This document shows positions 19,023-28,946 of a stretch of DNA of 64,000 bases, in pieces; the first letter of the stretch is position 1, and every line of letters begins with the position of its first letter. This stretch comes from Oceanispirochaeta sp. (GTDB lineage Bacteria; Spirochaetota; Spirochaetia; DSM-2461), in NCBI GenBank assembly GCA_963663385.2, contig CAXXXD010000003.1, positions 1,312,001 to 1,376,000 of the forward strand. The letters run 5' to 3'. Position numbers and translations under genes: made by a program. The notes below the pieces were generated by a model that was given only the letters and a program-made list of their open reading frames with translations, was not told where the DNA came from and did no database searches.

Positions 19023-19096
19023 ACCCCACATATGGGGCCCTATATAATGTGCTTCAAAGTTGTTTTTTTAATATAACACACCACATATGGAAAAAC
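19023..19096. promoter_or_regulatory. Tandem NrdR-box-like sites overlapping the nrdR operon promoter
   Basis: accccacatatggggc (19023-19038) and acaccacatatggaaa (19078-19093) share the core ccacatatgg, 55 bp apart; the second overlaps a minus-strand TTGTTT-17-TATATT promoter. Confidence 0.75.
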
Positions 19097-19197
19097 AATG
19101 TACATAGCAAGGTTTTTTGAAAAAATATATTAAACATTGATTATTTATTTGTCCTGTGTATACTTAGGAGATTGATAAAATAAATACGGGGGTAGAA

Positions 19198-20847
19198 ATG
19201 CCGTTATATCTAAAAAACAATACAATTAATGAGTTTCATAAAAAAACGGTCGAATCTTTTCAAAATCGCCCATTTCTGTACTTTGTAGATGAAGATCCCA
19301 TTTCCTACAGTGAATATGAACAGAGAGTCGAACTGCTTAGAAAATTCCTGATTCAGTCAGGACTGAAAAAGGGGGATCGTGTTTCAATACTCGGTCCTGC
19401 TTCACCCAACTGGGCCATTTCATTTATGGCTGTAATGACAGCCGGAATGGTCAGTGTTCCCATAATGGAGGATTTTCCCATAGCAGATATTGAGCATATA
19501 ATTTCCGATTCAGGTTCAAGAGCCTGTATGATTGACCCCGGTATAATGAAACGGTATAACATGGAAACTCTTGCCGATCTAAGCCTCTTCTCTTTGAAGG
19601 ATTTTTCAAAACTGCAGGATCTTGATATGCCCTATAATAAGGAAGATGCATCCATTTTTCTTAAAGATCCTTCCGAATCTGACTGCGAACCGGATGAACA
19701 CTTCTGTTACACAACCAGCCCGGAGGATATAGCGGAACTCCTTTATACATCAGGTACAACAGGTCATTCAAAGGCGGTTCTCCTTACTCACAACAACCTT
19801 GTTACCAACTTGTACGAAGGAACAGATCTGATTGATGCCTGTTTTGATGAAAATACAATACTTCTGTCCCTTCTGCCCATGGCCCATTCCTATGGTTCAA
19901 CATCAGCCTTTCTTTCTATCATGTATAAAGGGCCCCGCATCTGTTTTCTTAAAAGAAAACCAACTCCCGAATACCTTCAGAAAGTACTTGGATCAGTCAA
20001 ACCTACGGTTCTGGGAGGAGTTCCGCTCATTTTTGAAAAGATTTACCAGAAAAAGATCCTGCCCATCATCAACGGAAACAGATTCCTGAAAAAATCAATG
20101 ATTTTCCCCCCTTTCAGAAAACTCTTTCATTATATTGCAGGCCGCTCTATCCTGCAGTTTTTCGGAGGAAAGATAAAATGTATTATTATTGGCGGAGCCA
20201 CTTTCAGTAAAAGTGTTGAAACATTTATGAAAGAAGGGAAGATTCCCTATGTTCTTGGTTACGGCCTAACCGAAACATCACCGCTTCTGACATTTTCTTC
20301 CCTGAAAAACGCCCGTTTCGGTTCTGTTGGACATGCCGTACGAAATACAGGGATTCGGATTGTAAATAAGGACAGTGACAATATCGGAGAAATTGAAGTG
20401 ACCGGACCACAGATTATGAAAGGGTATTACAAGAAACCGGAAGAAACAGCAGCTGTATTTTCTGAAGACGGCTGGTTTCAGACAGGAGACAGAGGTTTTC
20501 TGGATAAGGACGGGTACCTTTATATCAAGGGTCGCAGCAAAAATGTGATTGTCGGGAATTCGGGGGAAAATATCTACCCGGAAGTTATTGAAACCCTCCT
20601 GAACTCCTATCCCGCTATTGAAGAATCTTTGGTTTTTATGAAAGATGAAACCCTTCAGGCTCTGGTATATCCCGGGAATTACGAGAGTGATAAAAATATA
20701 ACTGCCGAACTGGAAGAGATCCGCCGGGATATCAATAAGCGTCTGCCCTCCGCATCAAGGCTTAACATCCTGCAACTTCAGGAGAAAGAGTTTATAAAAA
20801 CACCTACAAAAAAAATAAAACGGGCTTTTTATATTGATAATTATTGA
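19198..20847 (+). CDS. Long-chain fatty acid-CoA ligase (AMP-binding enzyme)
   Basis: LYTSGTTGHSKAV, GYGLTETSP, GWFQTGDRG and GRSKNVIV..GENIYPE motifs. Confidence 0.92.
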   Translation: MPLYLKNNTINEFHKKTVESFQNRPFLYFVDEDPISYSEYEQRVELLRKFLIQSGLKKGDRVSILGPASPNWAISFMAVMTAGMVSVPIMEDFPIADIEHIISDSGSRACMIDPGIMKRYNMETLADLSLFSLKDFSKLQDLDMPYNKEDASIFLKDPSESDCEPDEHFCYTTSPEDIAELLYTSGTTGHSKAVLLTHNNLVTNLYEGTDLIDACFDENTILLSLLPMAHSYGSTSAFLSIMYKGPRICFLKRKPTPEYLQKVLGSVKPTVLGGVPLIFEKIYQKKILPIINGNRFLKKSMIFPPFRKLFHYIAGRSILQFFGGKIKCIIIGGATFSKSVETFMKEGKIPYVLGYGLTETSPLLTFSSLKNARFGSVGHAVRNTGIRIVNKDSDNIGEIEVTGPQIMKGYYKKPEETAAVFSEDGWFQTGDRGFLDKDGYLYIKGRSKNVIVGNSGENIYPEVIETLLNSYPAIEESLVFMKDETLQALVYPGNYESDKNITAELEEIRRDINKRLPSASRLNILQLQEKEFIKTPTKKIKRAFYIDNY

Positions 20848-23051
20848 GGATCGACTATTGATTGATAAGTGACCTCCTTGCGCAATATCATGGATGATTT
20901 AATTTCAACCGGTTCCTTTTCAAGCTTAAGAGTATAGGGTGATTCCCCGTATTGGAGGATTACAGAAAAATCCGGCTTTGAATCTTTCGCAAATATCATG
21001 GCTATGGAGAGAGGATTTGGCGGATTAATCCCTATAAAAATATTGGCTGTTTTTTCCCCGGGAAGGATTTCGTATGGGAACTCGCAGTCATAGAACACTA
21101 TCGGTTCTTTCGAGGTTACCTGAACCTGAATCGATTCGGGAGGAAGAACAGCCGAAATATCAAGTCTGATTGCTCTCCTGTCCAGGAAAACATCACTGCT
21201 GCTGGTAATCTTCAATAGATCATTTTCAATTTCTCCCCGTATTTTTAACTCTTTATCCACATCTTCCAGATTCAGAATATTGGCAGAGAGAATCAACTGA
21301 CCATCCCCGATACGGCCGTTACTGTAGATGCTTATCTCCCTTACTCCGTTATCAAGATTCTGTATATCCTGCATCACGATCCCCTGGGGTAATTCTTCTG
21401 TATAAGGCTGTAAAATCATAATCCTGTAGATCAGGTATATTGTTACAAGGATCCATAAGATCGTACTGACAGCAGCTCGAACTTCATGACGGCTTTTTTC
21501 ATAGTGATGATGATAAAAACTCAGGCTGGTTATCATTGAAGTAAAAGGCAGGGAAAACACTGTCAGAATCAGATTCCCCCTCACTCTGGACAGTAACAGA
21601 AAATTGTACAAATCAGGATAGGGTTTCTTGAAAATAAAAAAAAGGAAAAAACCTACCGGCAGCAGGGAACAATAGAGAAAAATATTTTTCCGGGTTTTGC
21701 CCCGGGCCATTACAAATAAAATGGTAAAAACAAGAATCCATAAAAAAAACAGGCTCAGGCTTATATTGAGGAAAGTCCCCAGAAGGACATTGATCAGAGC
21801 AAAGAAAAAAGCCATATATGAATAAAAATGCGGACTTTTAGGAAAGGGTAATCCCCTCATCATGCTCAGCACAAACCTTGTAAGCATAAGAATGACTGAC
21901 ATCTTTAACAGAAAAAAGAGAAGCGGGTAGTAAACAACAAGCTCTGTCAGATTCCTGAAAACAAGGATTTCCTCAATTAACAGAGTAGAAAGAAGAAAAA
22001 ACTGAAAAGTCAAATATACCAGAACCGGAACAGTCCATATCTGATGACGGAATTTCCGGAAATTCAGATAAACACGCCTTTCCTGAAAGAGAGGTATAAC
22101 AATCGAGAAAGCAAAAAACATCAGAAAAACGGAAATTATTTTCTTTTCACTAATAAATCTGTAGTCAGAATCCGGGAAGTGGATAAATATGTAATTTTTT
22201 TCCCATTCATCCGGAATTCCCTCTGAAAGGGATTCCAGAAAAAGATTAATAAAAACCAGATGGTTTTTTATCAGAGAACGTTCATCACCGTATTCAACTT
22301 TTTCTCCATATCCGGAAAGGGATACTGCCGGAATATCTTCAGACAGGAAATAGGATACAGGATGATATAATCCAGTGCTGATGCGGGTTTTATCGAGCAA
22401 TATAGCAGGGATATCCAGAAATTGCGGAATCCCGGATTTCTCAGCAGCCTTTAGAATCCTTTCCATATACCAGCCGGGAGCCGAATAGCCTGCAATACAC
22501 CCGTTTACTTCAACCTTTCTGATCAGGGAATCAATAGAATAGTACAGAACGATAGAGGGACTGTCAAAGGAGAAGTCTTCAAGAAAGTTCATGGAACCCA
22601 GAGGATGATCCGGTCGGCTGTCAGCTCCTGTAAAAAGCAGGGTAACCGATAGAGGCGGAGATTCGGCCGCCCAGTATCTGATCAGTCCGAGAGCAAGTGA
22701 AATGTTCCAGGTAGATTCAGAGGAAGTAGAATTTAGAGGGACAACAAGAATAAACCGGTCCCGGATCTGTCCCGGGATATGCACAATAAGATTGGATGAA
22801 AATGAATGGTCAGTATCCAGTTTATCCAGAGATGAAAAAGAATAATCCAGATTCAGGGACTGAACCTGTTCGGTTATATATTCCAGTAGTTTTTTTTCAT
22901 TGGAAGAACCTTCGCTAAATGGGTAGAAAGATTTGAAATGTATCTGCGAATCCATTACATATCGGATAGTATCCGGAGAAGGGTTCTGCGCCGAAAAAAC
23001 AGATAAAGGCAGAAGAAATAATAAGATAAGGAGTATTTGGCCCTTCTTCAT
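20841..23051 (-). CDS. Large membrane protein with a degenerate M28 peptidase-like N-terminal domain and a multi-TM region
   Basis: Signal peptide; EGSSNEKKLLEYI, NLIVHIPG and TLLFTGAD resemble the M28 fold; roughly 8-9 TM helices follow. Confidence 0.65.
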   Translation of the reverse strand: MKKGQILLILLFLLPLSVFSAQNPSPDTIRYVMDSQIHFKSFYPFSEGSSNEKKLLEYITEQVQSLNLDYSFSSLDKLDTDHSFSSNLIVHIPGQIRDRFILVVPLNSTSSESTWNISLALGLIRYWAAESPPLSVTLLFTGADSRPDHPLGSMNFLEDFSFDSPSIVLYYSIDSLIRKVEVNGCIAGYSAPGWYMERILKAAEKSGIPQFLDIPAILLDKTRISTGLYHPVSYFLSEDIPAVSLSGYGEKVEYGDERSLIKNHLVFINLFLESLSEGIPDEWEKNYIFIHFPDSDYRFISEKKIISVFLMFFAFSIVIPLFQERRVYLNFRKFRHQIWTVPVLVYLTFQFFLLSTLLIEEILVFRNLTELVVYYPLLFFLLKMSVILMLTRFVLSMMRGLPFPKSPHFYSYMAFFFALINVLLGTFLNISLSLFFLWILVFTILFVMARGKTRKNIFLYCSLLPVGFFLFFIFKKPYPDLYNFLLLSRVRGNLILTVFSLPFTSMITSLSFYHHHYEKSRHEVRAAVSTILWILVTIYLIYRIMILQPYTEELPQGIVMQDIQNLDNGVREISIYSNGRIGDGQLILSANILNLEDVDKELKIRGEIENDLLKITSSSDVFLDRRAIRLDISAVLPPESIQVQVTSKEPIVFYDCEFPYEILPGEKTANIFIGINPPNPLSIAMIFAKDSKPDFSVILQYGESPYTLKLEKEPVEIKSSMILRKEVTYQSIVDPQ

Positions 23052-23128
23052 ATGCCAAGAATAGGAAAAACTAATCCATTGGGTCAATACAGTTTATTAT
23101 AAAAAGGTTTTTATGATAGTATATTGCA

Positions 23129-23638
23129 ATGGAATTGTTATCAGAGATTCATAATAGATCAACAGCTAAAGAATTTTCAGAAGGTGCTGTAGACGAGGCA
23201 TCTGTCCATCGCATCCTCAAAGCGGGAAGGATGTCCCCCTCTGCCAAGAACAGACAGGCCTGGCGCTTCCTTGTTATACAAGACAGGGAAATGCGGAAAA
23301 AAATGATGGAAGCCTCCTATGGAGATGAAAGATTCCTTCAGGCTCCACTGGCAATAGCGGCTTGCACCACGAATATAGGCTACAGAATGCCCAACGGGGA
23401 ACTCTCTTATCCTGTTGATATTAGTTTTGCCGTTTCTTTTATGATGCTTCAGGCAGAACATGAAAATCTTGGTTCAGCTATTATAACAACGTTCCAGCAG
23501 GATAAAATTAAAAATCTATTAACAATTCCCTATTCTATGAAAGTATTGATGATTCTTCTTATAGGACAGAAGGGCGAGATTTCCGAACAAAAAGTCAGAC
23601 TTCCTGAAAATAGAGTTGTAGCATACGATCATTGGTAG
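23129..23638 (+). CDS. Nitroreductase family protein
   Basis: IHNRST, AGRMSPSAKNRQAWRF and LQAEHENLGS motifs. Confidence 0.9.
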   Translation: MELLSEIHNRSTAKEFSEGAVDEASVHRILKAGRMSPSAKNRQAWRFLVIQDREMRKKMMEASYGDERFLQAPLAIAACTTNIGYRMPNGELSYPVDISFAVSFMMLQAEHENLGSAIITTFQQDKIKNLLTIPYSMKVLMILLIGQKGEISEQKVRLPENRVVAYDHW

Positions 23639-23708
23639 TATAATTTAGTTTTACATTATTTCCGACATTCCATAATGCCGGAAAAGAAAAATAAGTAGGA
23701 GAATATTC

Positions 23709-24794
23709 ATGAATCATGCATTAAACTTTTACGCAGGACCTTCTGTTCTGCCTCTGGAAGTACTGGAGAGTCTCCAGTCAGAAATGGTCGACTATAAAGG
23801 AACCGGCCTTTCACTGGTAGAAACCAGTCACCGTTCCCCCGAATATGATGAAGTTCATATGGGAGCAATTAATCTGATGAGGGAACTCTTTTCTGTTCCT
23901 GATAATTACAAGATACTTTTCCTCGGCGGCGGGGCAACCATGCAGTTCTCCATGATCCCTCTGAATTTCCTGTCCGGTGGAAAAAGCTGTGATTTTACGC
24001 TTACAGGAGCCTGGTCAAAAAAAGCTTATGAGGATGCCTGTAAAATCGGAAATGTCAACATAGCTTTTGACGGAAAGGATGACCGCTACTGTTCTCTGCC
24101 CGATGTAAAAAACCTGAAAGCTTCTGAAGGTTCATCCTATTTCCATATGACCTCCAATGAAACAATCGGTGGAATCCAGTGGAAAGACTTCCCCGATACG
24201 GGAGATGTACCCATTATCTGTGATATGTCCAGCGATATCCTGAGCCGGCCTGTTCCTTTTGAAAAATTCGGAATGATCTATGCGGGTGCTCAGAAAAACC
24301 TGGGGCCAAGCGGATTGGCGGTTGTTATTATCAGAGATGATATGCTTAACCGCTGTCCTGACAATATCACAGCCTACCTGGATTACAGGATTCATGCCGA
24401 CAAGGACTCCCTTTACAATACACCCCCGGTCTTCCCCATCTATGCCATGAGCAAAGTGCTGCAAAAGGTTAAGGCTGACGGCGGACTTGAAGGTGTCATG
24501 AAACGGAACAGTGAAAAGGCTGGAATGCTCTACGATGTGATCGACAGCAGTAACGGTTTTTATAAGAATCCGGTAGAAAGCTCCGTTCGTTCCGAAATGA
24601 ATGTTGTATTTACCATGGCAAACGAAGACCTGGAAAAGAGATTCATTGCCGAAGCAAAAGCTAAGAGGATGATGGGCCTCAAGGGCCACAAGAGTGTAGG
24701 CGGATGCCGCGCTTCCATCTATAATTCGCTAGCTGTAGAACATGTCGCCGCTCTGGCCGATTTCATGAAAGAGTTCCAGAAGAAAAACAGCTGA
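23709..24794 (+). CDS. serC: Phosphoserine aminotransferase
   Basis: NFYAGPS, SHRS, NETIGG, DMSSD, YAGAQKNLGPSG, NTPP and GGCRASIYN motifs. Confidence 0.97.
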   Translation: MNHALNFYAGPSVLPLEVLESLQSEMVDYKGTGLSLVETSHRSPEYDEVHMGAINLMRELFSVPDNYKILFLGGGATMQFSMIPLNFLSGGKSCDFTLTGAWSKKAYEDACKIGNVNIAFDGKDDRYCSLPDVKNLKASEGSSYFHMTSNETIGGIQWKDFPDTGDVPIICDMSSDILSRPVPFEKFGMIYAGAQKNLGPSGLAVVIIRDDMLNRCPDNITAYLDYRIHADKDSLYNTPPVFPIYAMSKVLQKVKADGGLEGVMKRNSEKAGMLYDVIDSSNGFYKNPVESSVRSEMNVVFTMANEDLEKRFIAEAKAKRMMGLKGHKSVGGCRASIYNSLAVEHVAALADFMKEFQKKNS

Positions 24795-24826
24795 AAATAC
24801 AACTGAGGCAATCCAAGGAATAGACA

Positions 24827-25267
24827 ATGGTAATTGATGATCTAAATAAAGGTATACTGAAAGAGTTGAAAGACGGGCGAAAGTCCTACAAACTGATTGC
24901 GGAGGAGCTGGATGTAACGGAAAATACTGTACGCTCCAGGGTCCGAAAAATGCAGGAAGACGGGATTCTCGATATTTCAGGCTATGTCGATGTAGATCAG
25001 TTTGATGGTCTTCAGATTATCATGATCGGTATCCGTACCAGTTCGATGGACTATATTGCCAAAGGTGAAGAGATCAGCAAATTGAAAGGGGTCATTTCCG
25101 TCTCTGTTGTAACAGGACGGTTTGACCTTATTGTTACGGTACAACTGAATGAGGAACTTCAAATGCTGGATTTCCTGAAAAATGAACTGGCCAAAGTTGA
25201 AAGCATTGAAGCCATTGAAACGTATTTGGTGTATAAGGGATTCAACCTGAAAACCCCATATCTTTAA
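24827..25267 (+). CDS. Lrp/AsnC family transcriptional regulator
   Basis: N-terminal HTH (DGRKSYKLIAEELDVTENTVRSRV) and RAM-domain VTGRFDL. Confidence 0.9.
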   Translation: MVIDDLNKGILKELKDGRKSYKLIAEELDVTENTVRSRVRKMQEDGILDISGYVDVDQFDGLQIIMIGIRTSSMDYIAKGEEISKLKGVISVSVVTGRFDLIVTVQLNEELQMLDFLKNELAKVESIEAIETYLVYKGFNLKTPYL

Positions 25268-25293
25268 AAAGACCCAAAAAAGAGGAATACAAA

Positions 25294-26598
25294 ATGAACT
25301 CTGCCAAGGAAAAACTCGCATCCTGCGGGATGGCTGTTCCGGAAATTCTGATGCCGGAAAAGGGGATTGATCACTCCAAGTGGGCCGTTATAGCCTGTGA
25401 TCAGTTTTCTTCAGATAAAGAGTACTGGGAGAAGGTAAAACAGCATGCTTCCGGCTCTCCCTCAACTTTGAACATGATCCTTCCTGAATGTTATCTGGAT
25501 GAATCGGATACAAGAGTTCCTGAAATCAACAGAACCATGAGATCCTACCTTGAAAAAGGGATTCTGAAACAGGCTGGCAAAGGTTTTGTCTACATGGACC
25601 GTTCAACTCCCTGGGTATCCTCCAGAAAGGGATTGATTGTAGCTCTCGACCTGGAAGACTATAGTTATGAGAAGGGCGTGGAATGCCAGATACGTCCTAC
25701 AGAAGGTACTGTTCTGGAGAGGCTTCCTGTACGGGCAGCCATCAGAGAAAATGCCGTTCTTGATATACCCCATATTCTTGTGCTTTTTGATGACCCGGAA
25801 GACAGGGTATTCTCCCTTTTGGAAGAAAGCAAAGCAAATATGGCTGAACTCTATAATTTTGAAATCCCCCGGAAGGGCGGTCATCTCAAAGGTTTTCTGG
25901 CTGATGATTCAGAACTGTTGGAAAAACTGTCTGATCTTTTCATTGAACTCAAGGAGAATAGCGATTTTCTGTTTGCAGTGGGTGACGGGAATCATTCTCT
26001 GGGCGCAGCCAAACAGCTTTGGGAAAAAATTAAAAAAGAGGGCGGGGAAGATATTATGAATCATCCTGCCAGGTGGGCTCTTGTAGAATTGGAAAACATC
26101 CACGACAAGGGCTTGAATTTCGAACCTATACATAGAGTTCTTTTCAATCTGGATACGGAAGGCTTCCTAACCGAATTGAAGGGATTTTCCGGATTTTCTG
26201 TTCAGGAAACGGAAAATGAAGATTCAATGAAAGAGATGGTAAACCGCTTCAGCAGTAAAACAGGTGTTTTTGGAACAGGTATTCTGCTTAACGGAAAATT
26301 CTATGTTCTGGAAATGTCAAACAATACCGTATCCCTTGCATCGGAAGCTTTTCATACATTTCTTGACCCATGGCTGAATGAGAATTCCGGAATTGAAATT
26401 GATTATATACACGGGGACGATGCATTAAAGGAACTTTCATCAGGCAAAGGGAATATTGGATTTTACCTTCCTGGTATTGATAAATCCACATTTTTCTCAC
26501 AGATCAGCCAAAAAGGGCCTATGCCCCGTAAAACCTTTTCAATAGGTGAAGCAGAAGAAAAACGGTACTATCTGGAATCCCGTAAAATCATCCGCTGA
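25294..26598 (+). CDS. DUF1015 family protein
   Basis: KWAVIACDQF, IRPTEGTV.ERLP.R, FAVGDGNHSL, FEPIHRV and PRKTFS motifs; next to serC. Confidence 0.8.
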   Translation: MNSAKEKLASCGMAVPEILMPEKGIDHSKWAVIACDQFSSDKEYWEKVKQHASGSPSTLNMILPECYLDESDTRVPEINRTMRSYLEKGILKQAGKGFVYMDRSTPWVSSRKGLIVALDLEDYSYEKGVECQIRPTEGTVLERLPVRAAIRENAVLDIPHILVLFDDPEDRVFSLLEESKANMAELYNFEIPRKGGHLKGFLADDSELLEKLSDLFIELKENSDFLFAVGDGNHSLGAAKQLWEKIKKEGGEDIMNHPARWALVELENIHDKGLNFEPIHRVLFNLDTEGFLTELKGFSGFSVQETENEDSMKEMVNRFSSKTGVFGTGILLNGKFYVLEMSNNTVSLASEAFHTFLDPWLNENSGIEIDYIHGDDALKELSSGKGNIGFYLPGIDKSTFFSQISQKGPMPRKTFSIGEAEEKRYYLESRKIIR

Positions 26599-27338
26599 TG
26601 TTTTACCTTTCCAAAGTATTAGCTTATCTACTCCTGCCCCCGGGACTTTTTATTCTCCTGGGGGCATTCATTTTTTCAATTAAAAGGGAAAATACCAGAG
26701 TTCGAAAAGGCAGTCTCCTATTTCTCCTTTTCCTTATCTATTTTTTATCCACCCGGTTTATCAGTGATCCTCTGCTGAGTTCTCTTGAGAACCGTTACTC
26801 CCGGCCCTATCCGGCTGAAAAAAAGGCCTGCTGTATTGTTATACTGGGTGGAGGTTCGATCAACAGGAGCGAAGGAAGCACTCCGGCTCCCGATGCGGCA
26901 GTCAGGCTTATGGAAGGTTATGTTTTGCACCGGCAAACCGGTCTTCCCCTTATTTTTTCCGGCGGGAATGTACTTAACGGAGACAGCTGGCCATCCGAAT
27001 CGGAGACGGCAGCCCGGCAACTCCTGAGTCTTGGAATGGATAAATCAAAACTCTTTATGGAGACAGAAAGCCGTAATACTTATGAAAACGCACAGCTTAT
27101 TAAAGAGAAATTCAAACCGGAAACTCTTTATCTGGTAACATCCGCCTATCATATGCCACGATCTGTTGCCGTATTTGAAGATCTGGAGATAAACGTGATT
27201 CCCTTTCCCGTTGATTTTAAAGTGGAGCAAACAGACTATAGAATTCTGGATTTTCTTCCATCCATAGGATCTCTTGAGAAGAGTTATCATGCCCTGCATG
27301 AATACATGGGCATGATCTATTACAATTTGCGCTACTGA
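26598..27338 (+). CDS. YdcF/ElyC-like (DUF218) membrane-anchored protein
   Basis: IVILGGG, FSGG, SRNTYENA, LVTSAYHMPRS and LHEYMG motifs. Confidence 0.9.
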   Translation: MFYLSKVLAYLLLPPGLFILLGAFIFSIKRENTRVRKGSLLFLLFLIYFLSTRFISDPLLSSLENRYSRPYPAEKKACCIVILGGGSINRSEGSTPAPDAAVRLMEGYVLHRQTGLPLIFSGGNVLNGDSWPSESETAARQLLSLGMDKSKLFMETESRNTYENAQLIKEKFKPETLYLVTSAYHMPRSVAVFEDLEINVIPFPVDFKVEQTDYRILDFLPSIGSLEKSYHALHEYMGMIYYNLRY

Positions 27339-28591
27339 TCTTCCCGGGTATCTGACAGAGCAGCCAGCCTTTCGGAAAGCGCCGGATGGCTGTAATGAAA
27401 AAAACTGTATGCGCTATGAGGTGTCAGATTACTCATATTATCAAGCCCCAGCTTTTTCAGGGCACTCATCATGGCGTCTCCCCCCCCGCAGGCTTCTTTG
27501 GCAAAACGGTCCGCTTCATATTCATGTTTTCTTGACCAGCCATTGCCTAGAGGGGAAAGAAAGAAAGAGAAGGGAGAGAGGCATATACTCAATATAATCA
27601 GGATAGCATGGTAACCGGGTTCAGCATAACCGAACGCACGGTAGAGGGTATTCCAATTCATTAAAAGACTTAGAACATAAAATCCTACAGCCATCATAAA
27701 CACCGAGAGGATCAGTCTTTTTACTATATGTTTTTTTCTGTAGTGTCCGATTTCATGAGCCAGTACGGATTCAAGTTCATCCACACTTAGTGATTCCACA
27801 AGAGTATCAAATAATACGATTCTCTTGACCCGTCCAATTCCGGTAAAATAGGCGTTTGAATGAGAGGAGCGGCGGCTGCCATCCATCAGATAGATACCGC
27901 TTGTCTTGAATCCTGTTCTGTGGGCTAATGAATTTAAACGTTCCTTTAACTCTCCGTCCTCAAGAGGAGTGAATTTATTGAATAGAGGGGCAATAACAAG
28001 TGGATAAAGGATAAATACAATCAATTGGAGGACTGTAATAAACAGGGTGGCATATAACCACCAGAACGAACCCGTTTTATCCATAAAGAAAAACAAGCCC
28101 AGGAGCATGGGAACAGCAATAACAGGGGTGATAAGCAGCTGCTTCGCTGTGTCTGAAAGGTAGGTTCGAGCTGTCATCTTGTTAAAACCGTAAAACTCTT
28201 CTATATAAAACTGTGAGAAAAGTGAAAAAGGAAGGGACACCAGGGAAAAAATAATGGATACAAGAAAAATATAAACAATATTGTACATGTATCCGTCCCT
28301 GAAATAAAAACTGAGCCATGTATCAAGATGCCCGAGAAAACCCGTAAGAACAACAATCAGCAAAAATGAAGAGGAGACGAATCCTGAAAGAAGTGAAAAT
28401 TTTCCTTTTTCAAGATTATAGGATACAGTTGCTGCATATTTTTCCTCGGAAAAAAGTCCCTTGAAAAGAGCGGGAATATCATTCCTGTTTTTAAGGATGT
28501 TATTAAGGTTCAGAATGGATAGAAACCACGAGACAATAAATTCCATAAAAAAAAGAACCAGATAAATGGCAAGTAAGTTTTTCTCGTTCAT
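27332..28591 (-). CDS. M48 family metalloprotease (Ste24/CAAX prenyl protease-like)
   Basis: PLFNKFTPL, NAYFTG.G..KRIVLFDTL, HEIGH (HExxH), EYEADRF and YSHP motifs; start MNEKN with AGGAG RBS. Confidence 0.93.
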   Translation of the reverse strand: MNEKNLLAIYLVLFFMEFIVSWFLSILNLNNILKNRNDIPALFKGLFSEEKYAATVSYNLEKGKFSLLSGFVSSSFLLIVVLTGFLGHLDTWLSFYFRDGYMYNIVYIFLVSIIFSLVSLPFSLFSQFYIEEFYGFNKMTARTYLSDTAKQLLITPVIAVPMLLGLFFFMDKTGSFWWLYATLFITVLQLIVFILYPLVIAPLFNKFTPLEDGELKERLNSLAHRTGFKTSGIYLMDGSRRSSHSNAYFTGIGRVKRIVLFDTLVESLSVDELESVLAHEIGHYRKKHIVKRLILSVFMMAVGFYVLSLLMNWNTLYRAFGYAEPGYHAILIILSICLSPFSFFLSPLGNGWSRKHEYEADRFAKEACGGGDAMMSALKKLGLDNMSNLTPHSAYSFFHYSHPALSERLAALSDTREDQ

Positions 28592-28622
28592 TTTACAACT
28601 CCTTCGAACTCTGAAATAAAAG

Positions 28623-28648
28623 AAAAAAAAACCCTGCCGCAGCAGGGG
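28623..28648 (-). terminator. Rho-independent terminator after the 64-aa gene
   Basis: ccctgc-tgcg-gcaggg followed by a T-run of about 9 on the minus strand. Confidence 0.8.
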
Positions 28649-28667
28649 ATTAACGATAAAATGAATT

Positions 28668-28862
28668 TTAAAGAGCTGCAATAGCTTCTTTCATTTTACC
28701 TTTAGCAACAGCAGAATTACACTGTTTGCAGATAGTTACTTTTTTTCCGTCAAAATCCTGTTCGTAAACAGTTTTAATGGATGTTCTTTTACAGAGAGGA
28801 CAAGTTCCTCTTCCGCTTTTTACCTGATCACGTATTCCACTGCCTCTGTGAGCTTTAGACAT
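28668..28862 (-). CDS. Small basic Zn-ribbon-like protein (64 aa)
   Basis: AAGGAG RBS and own terminator; CPLC...CKQC; K/R/G-rich N-terminus. Confidence 0.8.
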   Translation of the reverse strand: MSKAHRGSGIRDQVKSGRGTCPLCKRTSIKTVYEQDFDGKKVTICKQCNSAVAKGKMKEAIAAL

Positions 28863-28946
28863 ACTATCTCCTTAAAGCACAAGTGCCGGTTTTAACTTAA
28901 AGAACTATAAAGACTGTATTGTAAAAAGTCAATCCTGCCGGCCAGA

